Assembly: GCA_032372955.1 (NCBI GenBank)
Contig: GCA_032372955.1_4725.1
Length of the DNA stretch: 64,000 nucleotides
Source of the DNA: Escherichia coli
Lineage (GTDB): Bacteria; Pseudomonadota; Gammaproteobacteria; Enterobacterales; Enterobacteriaceae
Direction: 5' to 3' (one strand)
Shown here: positions 29,210 to 38,947 of the stretch, piece by piece
Position numbering within the stretch: position 1 is the first letter of the stretch
Layout of the letters: every line of letters begins with the position of its first letter
Notes under the pieces: model-generated
Told to the model about the DNA's origin: nothing
What the model saw: the letters and a program-made list of their open reading frames with translations, nothing else
The model's database searches: none
Made by a program: the position numbers and the translations under genes

Positions 29210-31621
29210 GTGTCCAACACTGACTATCAGCTTTATTCGGAAAGCGTGCAGCGTCTAACGGACACCCTGATTATTAAAAGCGACATCACGGCAGAACGGT
29301 TAAACCTCAAGGTTTCCGAAGTCTACCAGATGGCCGTCGGGGACGACCCACGCACGTGGTTATACTACATGAATCTCGCTGGCGAGTATCATCCTTGTCA
29401 GACAATGATGACCGTAAATTCCCTGGATACGCTCGAAGAGATCGAGTTCACCAAGGAAAACATGTTACGGCATCGCATGACAGCAAGGGAATACGCGTAT
29501 GGTGGAGATTATTTCAATCGTTTAATTGCGCGGTACCCGGAACAACGTATGTTGATCTTGGGTATCCTTAACCCCATCGATATCGAGAAAGCAATTGCGG
29601 CACGCAATCATGAGATTCTCTGGTACGATACACAAGAGGTTGAGTCGCGCGAGGCCAATCTTATTCCACGTTTACAGCAAGAAATCGACGATTACTTCAG
29701 ACGCTGGGAACATCCGGCATATGAGAGCGTCGATATGCTTCATTGGCCTGCGCTATACGCCATCCTATTCACACAAATACCTGAGATGATAAAAGGTATT
29801 CGTTGGGAAAACTGTCATACCCATTATGCCCATAGCTTCCATATCTGGAGTTATCTGGCAAGCCATCAAGGTCTTGATCGATTCAAGCGATACATGACCG
29901 AATCCCAAATGCTCTGGTTCTATCGTAACATCGCTTACATTGAAAGAAACATGGGCAGAACGGAAAACTACGATAAGCTCATTCAAAAGGTATTAACCGA
30001 TCGTGGGATTCCAATCGGTGCGTTCTCGATCAAACAAGACGCTTCCGAGATACCTCAGACGTTAAAACCCACAGTTTACATGGAGCGTAAACCGCTTAAC
30101 CTTCAAGAGATCGTCGGTAATGGCACGGTAAGACGTAAGGTCACTACCGTGATGCAACAACAGTTCCCTCTAGCGCGGGATAACGAAGCGGAGTATTATA
30201 CCGAGCTTAACCGCACGATAGAGAAGATGTCGATGCACGACAACAATACCTTAACGACCAAGGTGTTGGAAAGTGAAGCCGAAGACCTTACAGACAGTGA
30301 ACTGTATCCTAAGTATGATTTCCTACTGAACGAATGGATTCATCTTAGCGCGATAGGCATGTATCAGTCACGGTTGACAACAACCAACCCGGTGACGGGT
30401 GATACCATGACGATGTCGATGAAAGATGCATACAAGCTGTTCTTGTATTTGCTGAACTATTCGATGGGCATGACGCTGATTGAAGTACCTAAGATCCATG
30501 CTAACCACGTCAGGGTATTAACGCTACCGACATTCGACCATCTCCGTAGCATTACCGATCCTGCTATCATTCCCGATAAACTGATCTGGTGGTGTTTGGA
30601 TAAGCAAGTGACGCTGCGTGCGGTCGTCAGTACTGAAGAGTTTCTGAGCGCCGTTACCGAGATTTACCAGGGTTGGCGTCGCCATCAGTTCATGTATCAG
30701 CTCCAGGAACATTATCAAGCTCGAGGCATGGCTGAAGCAATCGTTGAAAACTTCTACATGGATGTTGGTGTCGACTTCGGTATTGGGCAGCTTTACAAGG
30801 AATGGTTCTTATCGATGGATTGGGAGCTTGACGCAATCAGTCAAGAAGAGGCGGGAATTCTGGCTCTCGATATCTTCACAAAGGCCACCGGTCAAGATTT
30901 GGAAGATGTCACCAGTCTTAAGGATATTCAATACGGAATGCTGCAGCTGCTTAAGACATTGAGCAGTTACACCATCCATTTTATCCAGACAATCAACAGC
31001 GATCCAATCAAACCGCTAAACAAAATTGCCATCCGTCTCGGCTCGAGTTTAGTAAGCGGTAGTGAAGAACTGTGGGAAGACTGGGCGCAAGCAAACGTTC
31101 ATGATACGGATAACCAGGCTACGGAAGTTATCAAATTCGTACATGATAACAACCCGATGACGAACTGGCGTGAATCGGCAGTTGAAAGTTTGGAAGCGCC
31201 TCCGAAACCAACCTGGTGTGATTGTAGTGGTTACGAGAACACCCAAACCGTTCGATTCAGTACGCAATATTGGGCACAAGTCATTAGCGATCCTGTCTCG
31301 TTGCGTTTCCGTAAAAATCCGCTCGACGGTTTGTGGCTTGCGCCGTTCCCAGGTCGGGCACCACGCGACCTTCGTGAACGTCTGCCGTCAGAGTCGTTGC
31401 GTGGGTTAACCGTAACCCCAATCAAACCGTTCGAACAACGTTTCCGTAAACGTGATCTTCGAGGTCTCTGGATAGAACCGATTTACAAACAGTTGAACGG
31501 TCGTTTCAGATCAGTGGCTCTAAGTGAGACGAATCATGTTGCGTATAAGCCTATCAGTATGCGTCTATCGAATCCGCTCAATCGTTTGATTGTTAAACCT
31601 TTGCCTATCGAGGACGTTTAA
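29210..31621 (+). CDS. hypothetical protein (803 aa) with a basic C-terminal LxGLhhxP repeat
   Basis: GTG 29210 lies 6 nt after GGAGGA; the track start at 29141 would overlap the divergent gene. The C-terminus has RFRKNPLDGLWLAP / RFRKRDLRGLWIEP repeats. Confidence 0.55.
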   Translation: MSNTDYQLYSESVQRLTDTLIIKSDITAERLNLKVSEVYQMAVGDDPRTWLYYMNLAGEYHPCQTMMTVNSLDTLEEIEFTKENMLRHRMTAREYAYGGDYFNRLIARYPEQRMLILGILNPIDIEKAIAARNHEILWYDTQEVESREANLIPRLQQEIDDYFRRWEHPAYESVDMLHWPALYAILFTQIPEMIKGIRWENCHTHYAHSFHIWSYLASHQGLDRFKRYMTESQMLWFYRNIAYIERNMGRTENYDKLIQKVLTDRGIPIGAFSIKQDASEIPQTLKPTVYMERKPLNLQEIVGNGTVRRKVTTVMQQQFPLARDNEAEYYTELNRTIEKMSMHDNNTLTTKVLESEAEDLTDSELYPKYDFLLNEWIHLSAIGMYQSRLTTTNPVTGDTMTMSMKDAYKLFLYLLNYSMGMTLIEVPKIHANHVRVLTLPTFDHLRSITDPAIIPDKLIWWCLDKQVTLRAVVSTEEFLSAVTEIYQGWRRHQFMYQLQEHYQARGMAEAIVENFYMDVGVDFGIGQLYKEWFLSMDWELDAISQEEAGILALDIFTKATGQDLEDVTSLKDIQYGMLQLLKTLSSYTIHFIQTINSDPIKPLNKIAIRLGSSLVSGSEELWEDWAQANVHDTDNQATEVIKFVHDNNPMTNWRESAVESLEAPPKPTWCDCSGYENTQTVRFSTQYWAQVISDPVSLRFRKNPLDGLWLAPFPGRAPRDLRERLPSESLRGLTVTPIKPFEQRFRKRDLRGLWIEPIYKQLNGRFRSVALSETNHVAYKPISMRLSNPLNRLIVKPLPIEDV

Positions 31622-31680
31622 CGTGATAGCGCAGCAAATCGTAAAGTCTTTTTTATCTAATTCCCGGCGAGGAGGTCACC

Positions 31681-32616
31681 GTGAGTGATACGGTAACAAC
31701 TATTGACGACACCGAACTTTACCCGGTCGACGTCTCTTTACCCTCATCCGATCTCGTGTATGGTCTTATCAACCACGATAACCCACCTCAGAACGGAGAG
31801 CATGTTCTAACCCCTGAATTATTGGTTTTAGGAACACCAACCACCAACCAAAGCGCCTACGAGCGCGACACCCAGATTACGGCGACAGCAACCGCTAAGC
31901 TTACCGAGTTGGACGATTATGAAGGTTCGACGACGCTGTATTACGATCGTATTAACATCGGTGCGTATCTGCGTAACGTAGCGCCTATTCTTATCGATGC
32001 GCCAGACGCCGCCAAGATGCGTGATATCTGGCCTATCATCAAAGAACGTTTCGGTCTTGGCCTTACCGCGGAAGAAATCGTCAACGACGAACTTAACTGG
32101 GATACCGTTAACGGACAATTGCTTCGTGTCGCATCTAACTGCCTGGCTTGGACGGGGAGCGTTCGTATCTTGATGAAGTCGCGTGTACCGAATCTTGATG
32201 ATATTATCGCGATCAAGGAGCTGGACGGCCTTAAGTTCTTCGGTCAAGGCGTACGCGCTAGCGGCGAGATTTACAGTTACAGCCGTGATACTTCTGATTA
32301 CGGTGAACTGCTGGCTTCGCTGGTAACAGGTACCGTTATTAGCGATGTGGTGGTTGCCGATCTTCTGGCTGAAATGACTACCGATCGTTGGGTATTAGAC
32401 GACAACGCCGCACCGTATAACCTGTATAATGCTAAAGTGGCTTTCAACGGTGAGTTAGGCGGACGTATTCCAGCAAGAGCAGGTTACCAATACGGTATCG
32501 AGATCAGTCTGGATGAAAACTACTGTACTGCCGTTGGCGGTCCATTGATTTTCTATTACAATGTCGACGGACATACCGCAAGCCTCCAGGGTCGTTCTCC
32601 AGAAGAACAAGGCTAA
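31681..32616 (+). CDS. paralog family B protein (virion/fibre-associated candidate)
   Basis: GTG start 6 nt after GAGGAGG. Family motifs: YYDRINIGAYL, LAWTGSVRILMKS and a C-terminal YCTAVGGPLIFYYNV. Confidence 0.55.
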   Translation: MSDTVTTIDDTELYPVDVSLPSSDLVYGLINHDNPPQNGEHVLTPELLVLGTPTTNQSAYERDTQITATATAKLTELDDYEGSTTLYYDRINIGAYLRNVAPILIDAPDAAKMRDIWPIIKERFGLGLTAEEIVNDELNWDTVNGQLLRVASNCLAWTGSVRILMKSRVPNLDDIIAIKELDGLKFFGQGVRASGEIYSYSRDTSDYGELLASLVTGTVISDVVVADLLAEMTTDRWVLDDNAAPYNLYNAKVAFNGELGGRIPARAGYQYGIEISLDENYCTAVGGPLIFYYNVDGHTASLQGRSPEEQG

Positions 32617-32626
32617 GGAATAAACA

Positions 32627-33478
32627 ATGAGTCAGAAATTGTTAAACAAAAGTCCTAAAGTACTGGTCGCTGAACTTATTCAGGCAGCCAATCCTGACTT
32701 CGACTTTAACTTCGATGCAATTGATATCACGGATGTTGCTGAAAACGGAAACCACGCGTATAAACGGAACACGCGCGCTAAGGTATCGCCTTCGGCAACA
32801 GTAACACCAGCACAATACCGTGAAAGCAGCTACGTGTGGTACGATCGTATCCCTATCCAAGACTTCTTCTTGGGGATGGAACCGAAGCTTGCTATCGATG
32901 CCGGGGTTAAAACGACGCACGATCTTATCCCTCTGATTCAATCAACGTACGGAATCGTTATCGATCAGGATAGCTGCGTCGATTCTCCGATCGTACGAGG
33001 CGATGAATATCCGTTCCCGCACACCGTAGAATTGAAAACCACCGGATTGGCTTGGACGGGAAGTGTTACGTTCTATCTCCTCGATAGTGCCCACGATATT
33101 GCGGGGATGATGAAGACTTCGGTGATGACCGGTCTCAATTTCCCGTACTACACCGCAAATCGTATCCAGGCATTGGTCTACAGTTACGCCATAGACTGTA
33201 CAGCGATCCGTTCCGATCTCGCCGGATTAAAAGTTGGCGGTAACTTAAGCGCACTGGTTAGCTTATTCAACAACGTTGCGCCAACCCCGTGGGTTTATAA
33301 CGGCCGTGAAGACGAAAACAACCTTTACGGAGCCACCGTGCTTGCAACCGGTAAAACAACAGAACTTATCGCACAGGGTTATCCTGTTAACCCGGCGTTC
33401 GCTAACGCTGTCATCGTTACGCTTAGCCAAGATTACTGCACGAACTACGGCGGTATCCTGTTGATGCAATATAACTGA
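32627..33478 (+). CDS. paralog family B protein
   Basis: AAGGAA RBS. Family motifs: WYDRIPIQDFF, LAWTGSVTFYLLD and YCTNYGGILLMQYN. Confidence 0.55.
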   Translation: MSQKLLNKSPKVLVAELIQAANPDFDFNFDAIDITDVAENGNHAYKRNTRAKVSPSATVTPAQYRESSYVWYDRIPIQDFFLGMEPKLAIDAGVKTTHDLIPLIQSTYGIVIDQDSCVDSPIVRGDEYPFPHTVELKTTGLAWTGSVTFYLLDSAHDIAGMMKTSVMTGLNFPYYTANRIQALVYSYAIDCTAIRSDLAGLKVGGNLSALVSLFNNVAPTPWVYNGREDENNLYGATVLATGKTTELIAQGYPVNPAFANAVIVTLSQDYCTNYGGILLMQYN

Positions 33479-33494
33479 TTAAATAGGAAAAGAC

Positions 33495-34379
33495 ATGGCT
33501 TCTACACAAATCCGTGCTACCGATCGTATCGTCCGTACGATTATCGGCGGTCAAGTACAAACTAACCTTACGCTCGGTCTTCCTCATGCATGGGAAGAAC
33601 ACAGCACCTTGAATGAAAAGCTTCAGATTCAATCAAAGGTTTACCCCGAGGGTAATCCTGCTGTACGTTACTTCTGTATCGGCAACCAGGGTCACGAATT
33701 CATCCGCAACGCTAACGGTATCCCTTCCTCGATGCCGATCGCTCACGAAGCAAGCGATCTATCACCGTGGAAAATCAAACCTTTCGTAATGCGTGAAGTT
33801 GGTAACGACTTGACCACGGACGAACGCGCTAAATTTGGGTTACGTCGTATTGAGACACTGGAAAGCGGTAAAAAGTATATCTGTTATTACGGTCGTCGCA
33901 TCGATTTCGATAACGTTGTCCGCTCCATGCGTTATACCAAATACGTCGACGGTGTCGCTCAGACCATCGAATGGCATCCAACCGACGCGAACCTCAACCC
34001 CGCCCGACCAGATATTCCAACAACCGGAATTCTGGTAGCGACCGGGGAGTACTACGACTACAGCTGTAAAGTCTCTTTGGTTTGGACGCCATGGGATATT
34101 AACGAATATCTCAATGTGGCTAAACTCACCGAAGGTGGTGAAGAGTACGCGGTTATTTCTGAAATTGGGATGGTCTCTGCGGGCGATAAAATCGTTCGTG
34201 CTGATGATGGTCAAGGTTCGGCCTTCGACATGAACGAAATCGTCGGTGCGCAGGTTACCGATCTGATTTCGACTTACCACAACCTTTATACCACCAACGA
34301 TACGCTGACACTGAAATACGACCTTGGTGCGTTGGAAGCTCGTAAGGCAGGCCCGACGGGCGCAGAAATCCTACCGTAA
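33495..34379 (+). CDS. hypothetical protein (structural-module context)
   Basis: 294-aa ORF lying between family B genes. No assignable motif. Confidence 0.55.
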   Translation: MASTQIRATDRIVRTIIGGQVQTNLTLGLPHAWEEHSTLNEKLQIQSKVYPEGNPAVRYFCIGNQGHEFIRNANGIPSSMPIAHEASDLSPWKIKPFVMREVGNDLTTDERAKFGLRRIETLESGKKYICYYGRRIDFDNVVRSMRYTKYVDGVAQTIEWHPTDANLNPARPDIPTTGILVATGEYYDYSCKVSLVWTPWDINEYLNVAKLTEGGEEYAVISEIGMVSAGDKIVRADDGQGSAFDMNEIVGAQVTDLISTYHNLYTTNDTLTLKYDLGALEARKAGPTGAEILP

Positions 34380-34394
34380 CCTAAGGGGTGTTAA

Positions 34395-35300
34395 ATGGAG
34401 TACAGTGAAATCCTAGGGTTAGAATCGAAAGAAATCCTCTTTCGGCTGATTCGAAAGCATAGCGATTTCGATGCTCGAGGCGTAACGCTGGATAAACTGG
34501 TTATCGGTGAGGCTTCTGAAAGCACAGGGTACAAGCGTAACAGCAAGTTAACCGTGCATCCCCAGCCGGGTTCAGGGCTGGTGAACTCTGTCGACATCTA
34601 TTATAACCGCATCGATCTTGGTAAACTGGGTACTTGGCCTGGCGGACAGCACCACTGGCCCGTCGAGATCGAAACCTTAGATGCGCTAACCAAGGTCTCT
34701 GAGATCCTACCTGTCTTAGCATCGACGTACGGTATCCTTCTCAACAAAACCGAGATTGTCGACGCAGATCTGGATAAGTCCAAGTCACCGATACAGGTTG
34801 TGATAACACCTAAACCCGGTAACCAAGTATGGGTTGGTCAGTTACTTGTCGAGTTAACTTCAGGACATAATGACCTCAACAACCTCGTTCGCAACAATAT
34901 GTTGGCTGGGTTGAATTATATCATCGATCGAGATAGCAGTAAACTCCCGGGCGCTATTGTTTCGTACAACTGGTTCGTATCTGCTGGTGTTCTGGCGTCA
35001 CTTACCGATGGTTATACGTTAACCTCAGGTGATACGCAATCGGAGGCACTAATCGCAGAAATGAACATGCTGCAATTGGGTCTCTCTGAAGAGATCGACG
35101 GCCTTATGGTCAACGATCGCTGGGTATTGTCAGCAATACCTGGACCACTCAACTTGCAGAATGCGAGAGTAATAGCCGATCCAGAGCAATTCAAAACACT
35201 ACCGTTTGGCGTGCGTACGGATGTTAGTAAAGCCGTCGTACTTCAACTTAGTGTGATGAATACGCTCATCGATGGTTATCTAACGCTATATGTAGCATAA
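34395..35300 (+). CDS. paralog family B protein
   Basis: Family motifs: YYNRIDLGKLG, VWVGQLLVELTS and a C-terminal LIDGYLTLYVA. It is followed by the hairpin at 35310-35341. Confidence 0.55.
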   Translation: MEYSEILGLESKEILFRLIRKHSDFDARGVTLDKLVIGEASESTGYKRNSKLTVHPQPGSGLVNSVDIYYNRIDLGKLGTWPGGQHHWPVEIETLDALTKVSEILPVLASTYGILLNKTEIVDADLDKSKSPIQVVITPKPGNQVWVGQLLVELTSGHNDLNNLVRNNMLAGLNYIIDRDSSKLPGAIVSYNWFVSAGVLASLTDGYTLTSGDTQSEALIAEMNMLQLGLSEEIDGLMVNDRWVLSAIPGPLNLQNARVIADPEQFKTLPFGVRTDVSKAVVLQLSVMNTLIDGYLTLYVA

Positions 35301-35309
35301 CAGCATATC

Positions 35310-35341
35310 CCCTCCTCCTTCCCTGTTGGGTTGGAGGAGGG
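35310..35341. terminator. conserved Y/R hairpin, copy 6 (between convergent genes)
   Basis: ccctcctccttccc-tgtt-gggttggaggaggg, then ttatg. Confidence 0.7.
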
Positions 35342-35351
35342 TTATGTTTGG

Positions 35352-36632
35352 TTATTTGTTTTTCTGACTGGAATCGATCAATTCGAGCTTGTGTACTGTC
35401 TGCAACGTCGCATGCGTTTCCAACCAGACCTGGTGAAGATAAGGCGTATCGTTAAGCCGCTTAACGCGCGTATGTTTGTACAACGTATTTTCAAACAACA
35501 TGTTCTTACGAAGTCCCCAGCGCGAGTGAAGTACCCATAACGGTTTTTCATAGGTCTGCACGTAAGCTGGTAACTCGCCGAGATCGGCTCGAATCAGTCC
35601 TTCCGGTTTCTTACCTAAGAAATACTGTCCTGGTACACCACTTCGTGGTAAAGGTTCTTGTGTAACCTGAATCGATGTTGCTTTGATGTACACCCAGAAA
35701 CTGCAAGGATGCGTCACCCACGCTTTCAATGCTTTATCAGACAATAAACGATTGGCAACAATGTCGGACTGTGGGTCTTCTTCGTTCAACAGAATACCAA
35801 GAGATGTTAGATCAAGGTATTTGCGGGAACGGAAGTATCTTTCATAGAGAAACATGTTAATGCAGTTTATTTTCGCTGTCGTGTCGCTAACGATCGTGTA
35901 ACAATCGTCAAGAAGATGTAAATATCCCCCGAACACCAGCGCGACGGTTTCATCTTCGGCGACCTTGCGCGGTAGCCGTAAATACATCTCGTCCTTATAC
36001 GGCAAGAGCTTCGTGGAATCAGCGATCATCTCTTCTGTGATAGCATGGATTTCCAAACTCCCGATACGGCTAAAATCAATCATACCGATATCGTTTTCTT
36101 GGCCACGCTGTGCTGTCTTGAACCCACCTTGGATATAGACACCAACGTCTTTACCGTAAACGTGAGGATGGACATAACCGCCTACGGTGAACAAGCAGTG
36201 TTTGCCGATATTTTCGTAATTCGTATTCGCTTTCGTCAACAGGATATCAGTGCGTTCCGACTCGGGAATCGCGTTGCTTGGATGATAGCCACTATTACCG
36301 ACTTTAGGGAGAAAGCCTACCGTAATAGCGTCATGACAATAAAGCTTGTGGGTTTTAATCGACAGCTCGCCAGGCTGTCCACGAAGGTTAGTATGCGCAT
36401 CCGATTTCGCTTTCAACCACGCATTGAGTGTATCACTGCTGTTTTGAAGCTCGGATTGAAATGTGTACAGATCAATAACTTGTTGCTGGTCAGCATAGCT
36501 TTCATGGACCTGGATCTTGAGTTTTTGATACGTTGAGAACAACGTACTCAGGACACTTTCACCCGCCTCAAGCGCTGTCCAGGCCGTGCCAGAACCCACG
36601 GGTAATCCGTAAGTTTTTACCAATGTATACAT
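35352..36632 (-). CDS. hypothetical protein (426 aa)
   Basis: AAGGGGG 8 nt upstream of the ATG. It is a lone minus-strand gene inside the + strand structural block, bounded by a hairpin and a divergent intergenic region. Confidence 0.6.
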   Translation of the reverse strand: MYTLVKTYGLPVGSGTAWTALEAGESVLSTLFSTYQKLKIQVHESYADQQQVIDLYTFQSELQNSSDTLNAWLKAKSDAHTNLRGQPGELSIKTHKLYCHDAITVGFLPKVGNSGYHPSNAIPESERTDILLTKANTNYENIGKHCLFTVGGYVHPHVYGKDVGVYIQGGFKTAQRGQENDIGMIDFSRIGSLEIHAITEEMIADSTKLLPYKDEMYLRLPRKVAEDETVALVFGGYLHLLDDCYTIVSDTTAKINCINMFLYERYFRSRKYLDLTSLGILLNEEDPQSDIVANRLLSDKALKAWVTHPCSFWVYIKATSIQVTQEPLPRSGVPGQYFLGKKPEGLIRADLGELPAYVQTYEKPLWVLHSRWGLRKNMLFENTLYKHTRVKRLNDTPYLHQVWLETHATLQTVHKLELIDSSQKNK

Positions 36633-36686
36633 GGGAGAGGCCCCCTTATTTTATAGTTACAGTAATATTTTACCGCTGTTAACACA

Positions 36687-36704
36687 GGATACCCCAGGGT
36701 ATCC
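36687..36704. promoter_or_regulatory. perfect 18-bp palindrome GGATACCC-CA-GGGTATCC in a divergent intergenic region
   Basis: It lies between divergent genes 35352-36632 (-) and 36737-38890 (+). The 2-nt centre argues for a dimeric-protein operator rather than an RNA hairpin. Confidence 0.4.
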
Positions 36705-36736
36705 CATACTTACTAACAACTTGTAAAGGGCGCATC

Positions 36737-38890
36737 ATGACAGATGAAATTAAACGCCTTCCGTATAACCCGCAGGGGAATTTGGATGGCGCATGGGTTC
36801 CAGAAGAACCCGTCACTGTCCGTCCTTCCACGGGGACCGGATTTAACTTTCTCGTTCCTAAATACGCGCCATATTTTCGTAATGGGTTAAAGATCTACAA
36901 CCCTGAAACAAACGCGTATCTGGAAGAAGGCGTTGACTTTTTATGCACTCACCCCTTCCGTGCCATGGCTGCGCTGACCGGCCTGGAATTATACGGTTCC
37001 ATCATGCTGTTGGACACCGCATTCAGTGGACAGTTGCAACTGAACTACTATTCACTGGGGGGTGAGTTTACACTTGATCAACAACAAATTCTTAACGTTT
37101 TAGCCAACAACCTCTACGACCCCCGCGTTACGTTCTGGGAAAAGGTTGCTGACGTTCCTTCCGTATTCCCGCCAATCAACCACCAACATAATGTCGAAAC
37201 CGACACAATGACGTGGGACGATGTGGTGGCGGCAATCGAATCATTGAAAGAACCGCTTGAAGAAGGGTTCAATAAAGCAATGACCGCATTGCTGCAGCAC
37301 GAGAATCGTCGCGATAACCCCCATGGCGTAACCAAGGCTCAAGTTGGATTGGGGAATGTTCAGAACTTCACAACGGCGACCGAGAGCGATCTGGAAACCA
37401 TCGGTGAAAATCTGTACATGACGTTGGCGATGACGCGTAAGATGATCGCTAACCTGAGTGGTGATAGTGCTGCTGCACACATCAGCAACTACAACAACCC
37501 ACACAAGGTAACTAAAGCCCAGGTGGGACTCGGAAACGTTGAGAACTACGGTACAGCCGATAGTAATGCAACCATTACCGGTACGGCCACAAATCTGTAC
37601 ACAACACCAGCGGGTGTACGTGCGGCAATCAAGGCGATCACGGACGGCTTAAGTACGCGCATCGATCATGTCAACGCTGCGTTAACAACCCATACCGGGG
37701 ATAATAACAACCCTCACGCTGTTACGAAAGCACAGGTAGGACTGGGGGACGTACAGAACTACGGTGTGGCGTCTAATGGGGAAGCCGGTGCAGGTGTTGC
37801 TAACAACAAATACATGACGCCCGCAACCACAGCAGCCGCCATCGCAGCGTTAATCACCCCAACCGTAACCGAACATATCGGTAACACCAACAACCCACAT
37901 GGGGTGACCAAAGCCCAAGTCGGTCTGGGAAGCGTGCAGAACTTTGGGGTTGCTACTACCCAAGAAGCTATCGACGGTCAGGCTAACAACAAGTACATGA
38001 CACCAATACTTGTTCGTTACGCGATCGAGCAAATGGCTGGTCAAGGGTTCAGTAGTCACATCGCAAATACCGAGAACCCGCACCAAGTATCTAAAGCACA
38101 GGTAGGGTTGGGGAGTGTTGAAAACTATCCTGTCGCTTCTGATGTGGAAGCACAAACAGGTGTAGCGACCAACCGCTATATGACACCGGCTGCGACAAAA
38201 GCGGCAATCATCGCTTTAGCGGGTGATGGTTTTGCGGCACACGTTGTCGATAAGAGCAACCCGCATGAAGTAACAAAATCTCAAGTTGGGTTAGGGAACG
38301 TACAGGACTTTGCTGTCGCCACCGACACGCAAGCTGCCGACAAGACTAACCAGACGACGTACATGACACCGTACTCGACTTACAAGTCAATTGCGGCGTT
38401 TGCGGCGTTAGCCGATCATACGCACACAGCCGAACAAGTCGGTGCGCTCCCCATCAATGGGGGTAAGTTAACCGGACCAATCGATCTTTCAGCAACGTCT
38501 ATCACGGGTACCGGACTCGGTATCGATGGTGCTAATGGTTCAATCAACGTCAATAAGTTGACCATCAACCAGCTTCTGGAAGCTTACGGTGGCATTGAAT
38601 CCAGTGATACGATTAAAATCCTGAACGACGATGAGACGCCCGCTAACTTCCTTGCCGATGGCGATCTCGAAGGGATCAAATGGGTTAACATCAACAGCCA
38701 AGAACCTGGAGAGAACCAAGACGGCGAGAAGATGCAGAAGATCGGTAAGCTGAGCGATTACCTTAAGAACGATTATTTAACCAGCTTGAAGACGAACACA
38801 GCGTTCCGTGATGTCTTCCAAGCACTGCTTAGGGAATTCCTTGCTAACTTCAACGCGGTTATCAAAGCAACCGACTTCGAGACGTTATAA
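36737..38890 (+). CDS. tail fibre protein with six NPHxVTKAQVGLG repeats
   Basis: It has six ~60-aa repeats of the form H-x3-NPHxVTKAQVGLGxVxN[FY]...N(K/R)YMTP...AI, the classic phage tail-fibre repeat pattern. The terminator at 38897-38932 follows. Confidence 0.8.
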   Translation: MTDEIKRLPYNPQGNLDGAWVPEEPVTVRPSTGTGFNFLVPKYAPYFRNGLKIYNPETNAYLEEGVDFLCTHPFRAMAALTGLELYGSIMLLDTAFSGQLQLNYYSLGGEFTLDQQQILNVLANNLYDPRVTFWEKVADVPSVFPPINHQHNVETDTMTWDDVVAAIESLKEPLEEGFNKAMTALLQHENRRDNPHGVTKAQVGLGNVQNFTTATESDLETIGENLYMTLAMTRKMIANLSGDSAAAHISNYNNPHKVTKAQVGLGNVENYGTADSNATITGTATNLYTTPAGVRAAIKAITDGLSTRIDHVNAALTTHTGDNNNPHAVTKAQVGLGDVQNYGVASNGEAGAGVANNKYMTPATTAAAIAALITPTVTEHIGNTNNPHGVTKAQVGLGSVQNFGVATTQEAIDGQANNKYMTPILVRYAIEQMAGQGFSSHIANTENPHQVSKAQVGLGSVENYPVASDVEAQTGVATNRYMTPAATKAAIIALAGDGFAAHVVDKSNPHEVTKSQVGLGNVQDFAVATDTQAADKTNQTTYMTPYSTYKSIAAFAALADHTHTAEQVGALPINGGKLTGPIDLSATSITGTGLGIDGANGSINVNKLTINQLLEAYGGIESSDTIKILNDDETPANFLADGDLEGIKWVNINSQEPGENQDGEKMQKIGKLSDYLKNDYLTSLKTNTAFRDVFQALLREFLANFNAVIKATDFETL
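37300..38420 (+). repeat. six tandem ~180-nt coding repeats (tail-fibre repeat)
   Basis: The repeated NPHxVTKAQVGLGxVxN[FY] peptide recurs about every 60 aa. Confidence 0.8.
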
Positions 38891-38896
38891 CGGATG

Positions 38897-38932
38897 GGTG
38901 GGTTCTACCCACCTTTCCTTCTTTTTATTTTT
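38897..38932 (+). terminator. rho-independent terminator after tail fibre gene 36737-38890
   Basis: ggtgggt-tct-acccacc, followed by the T-rich tttccttctttttattttt. Confidence 0.7.
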
Positions 38933-38947
38933 CGATAGGATGTGAAA

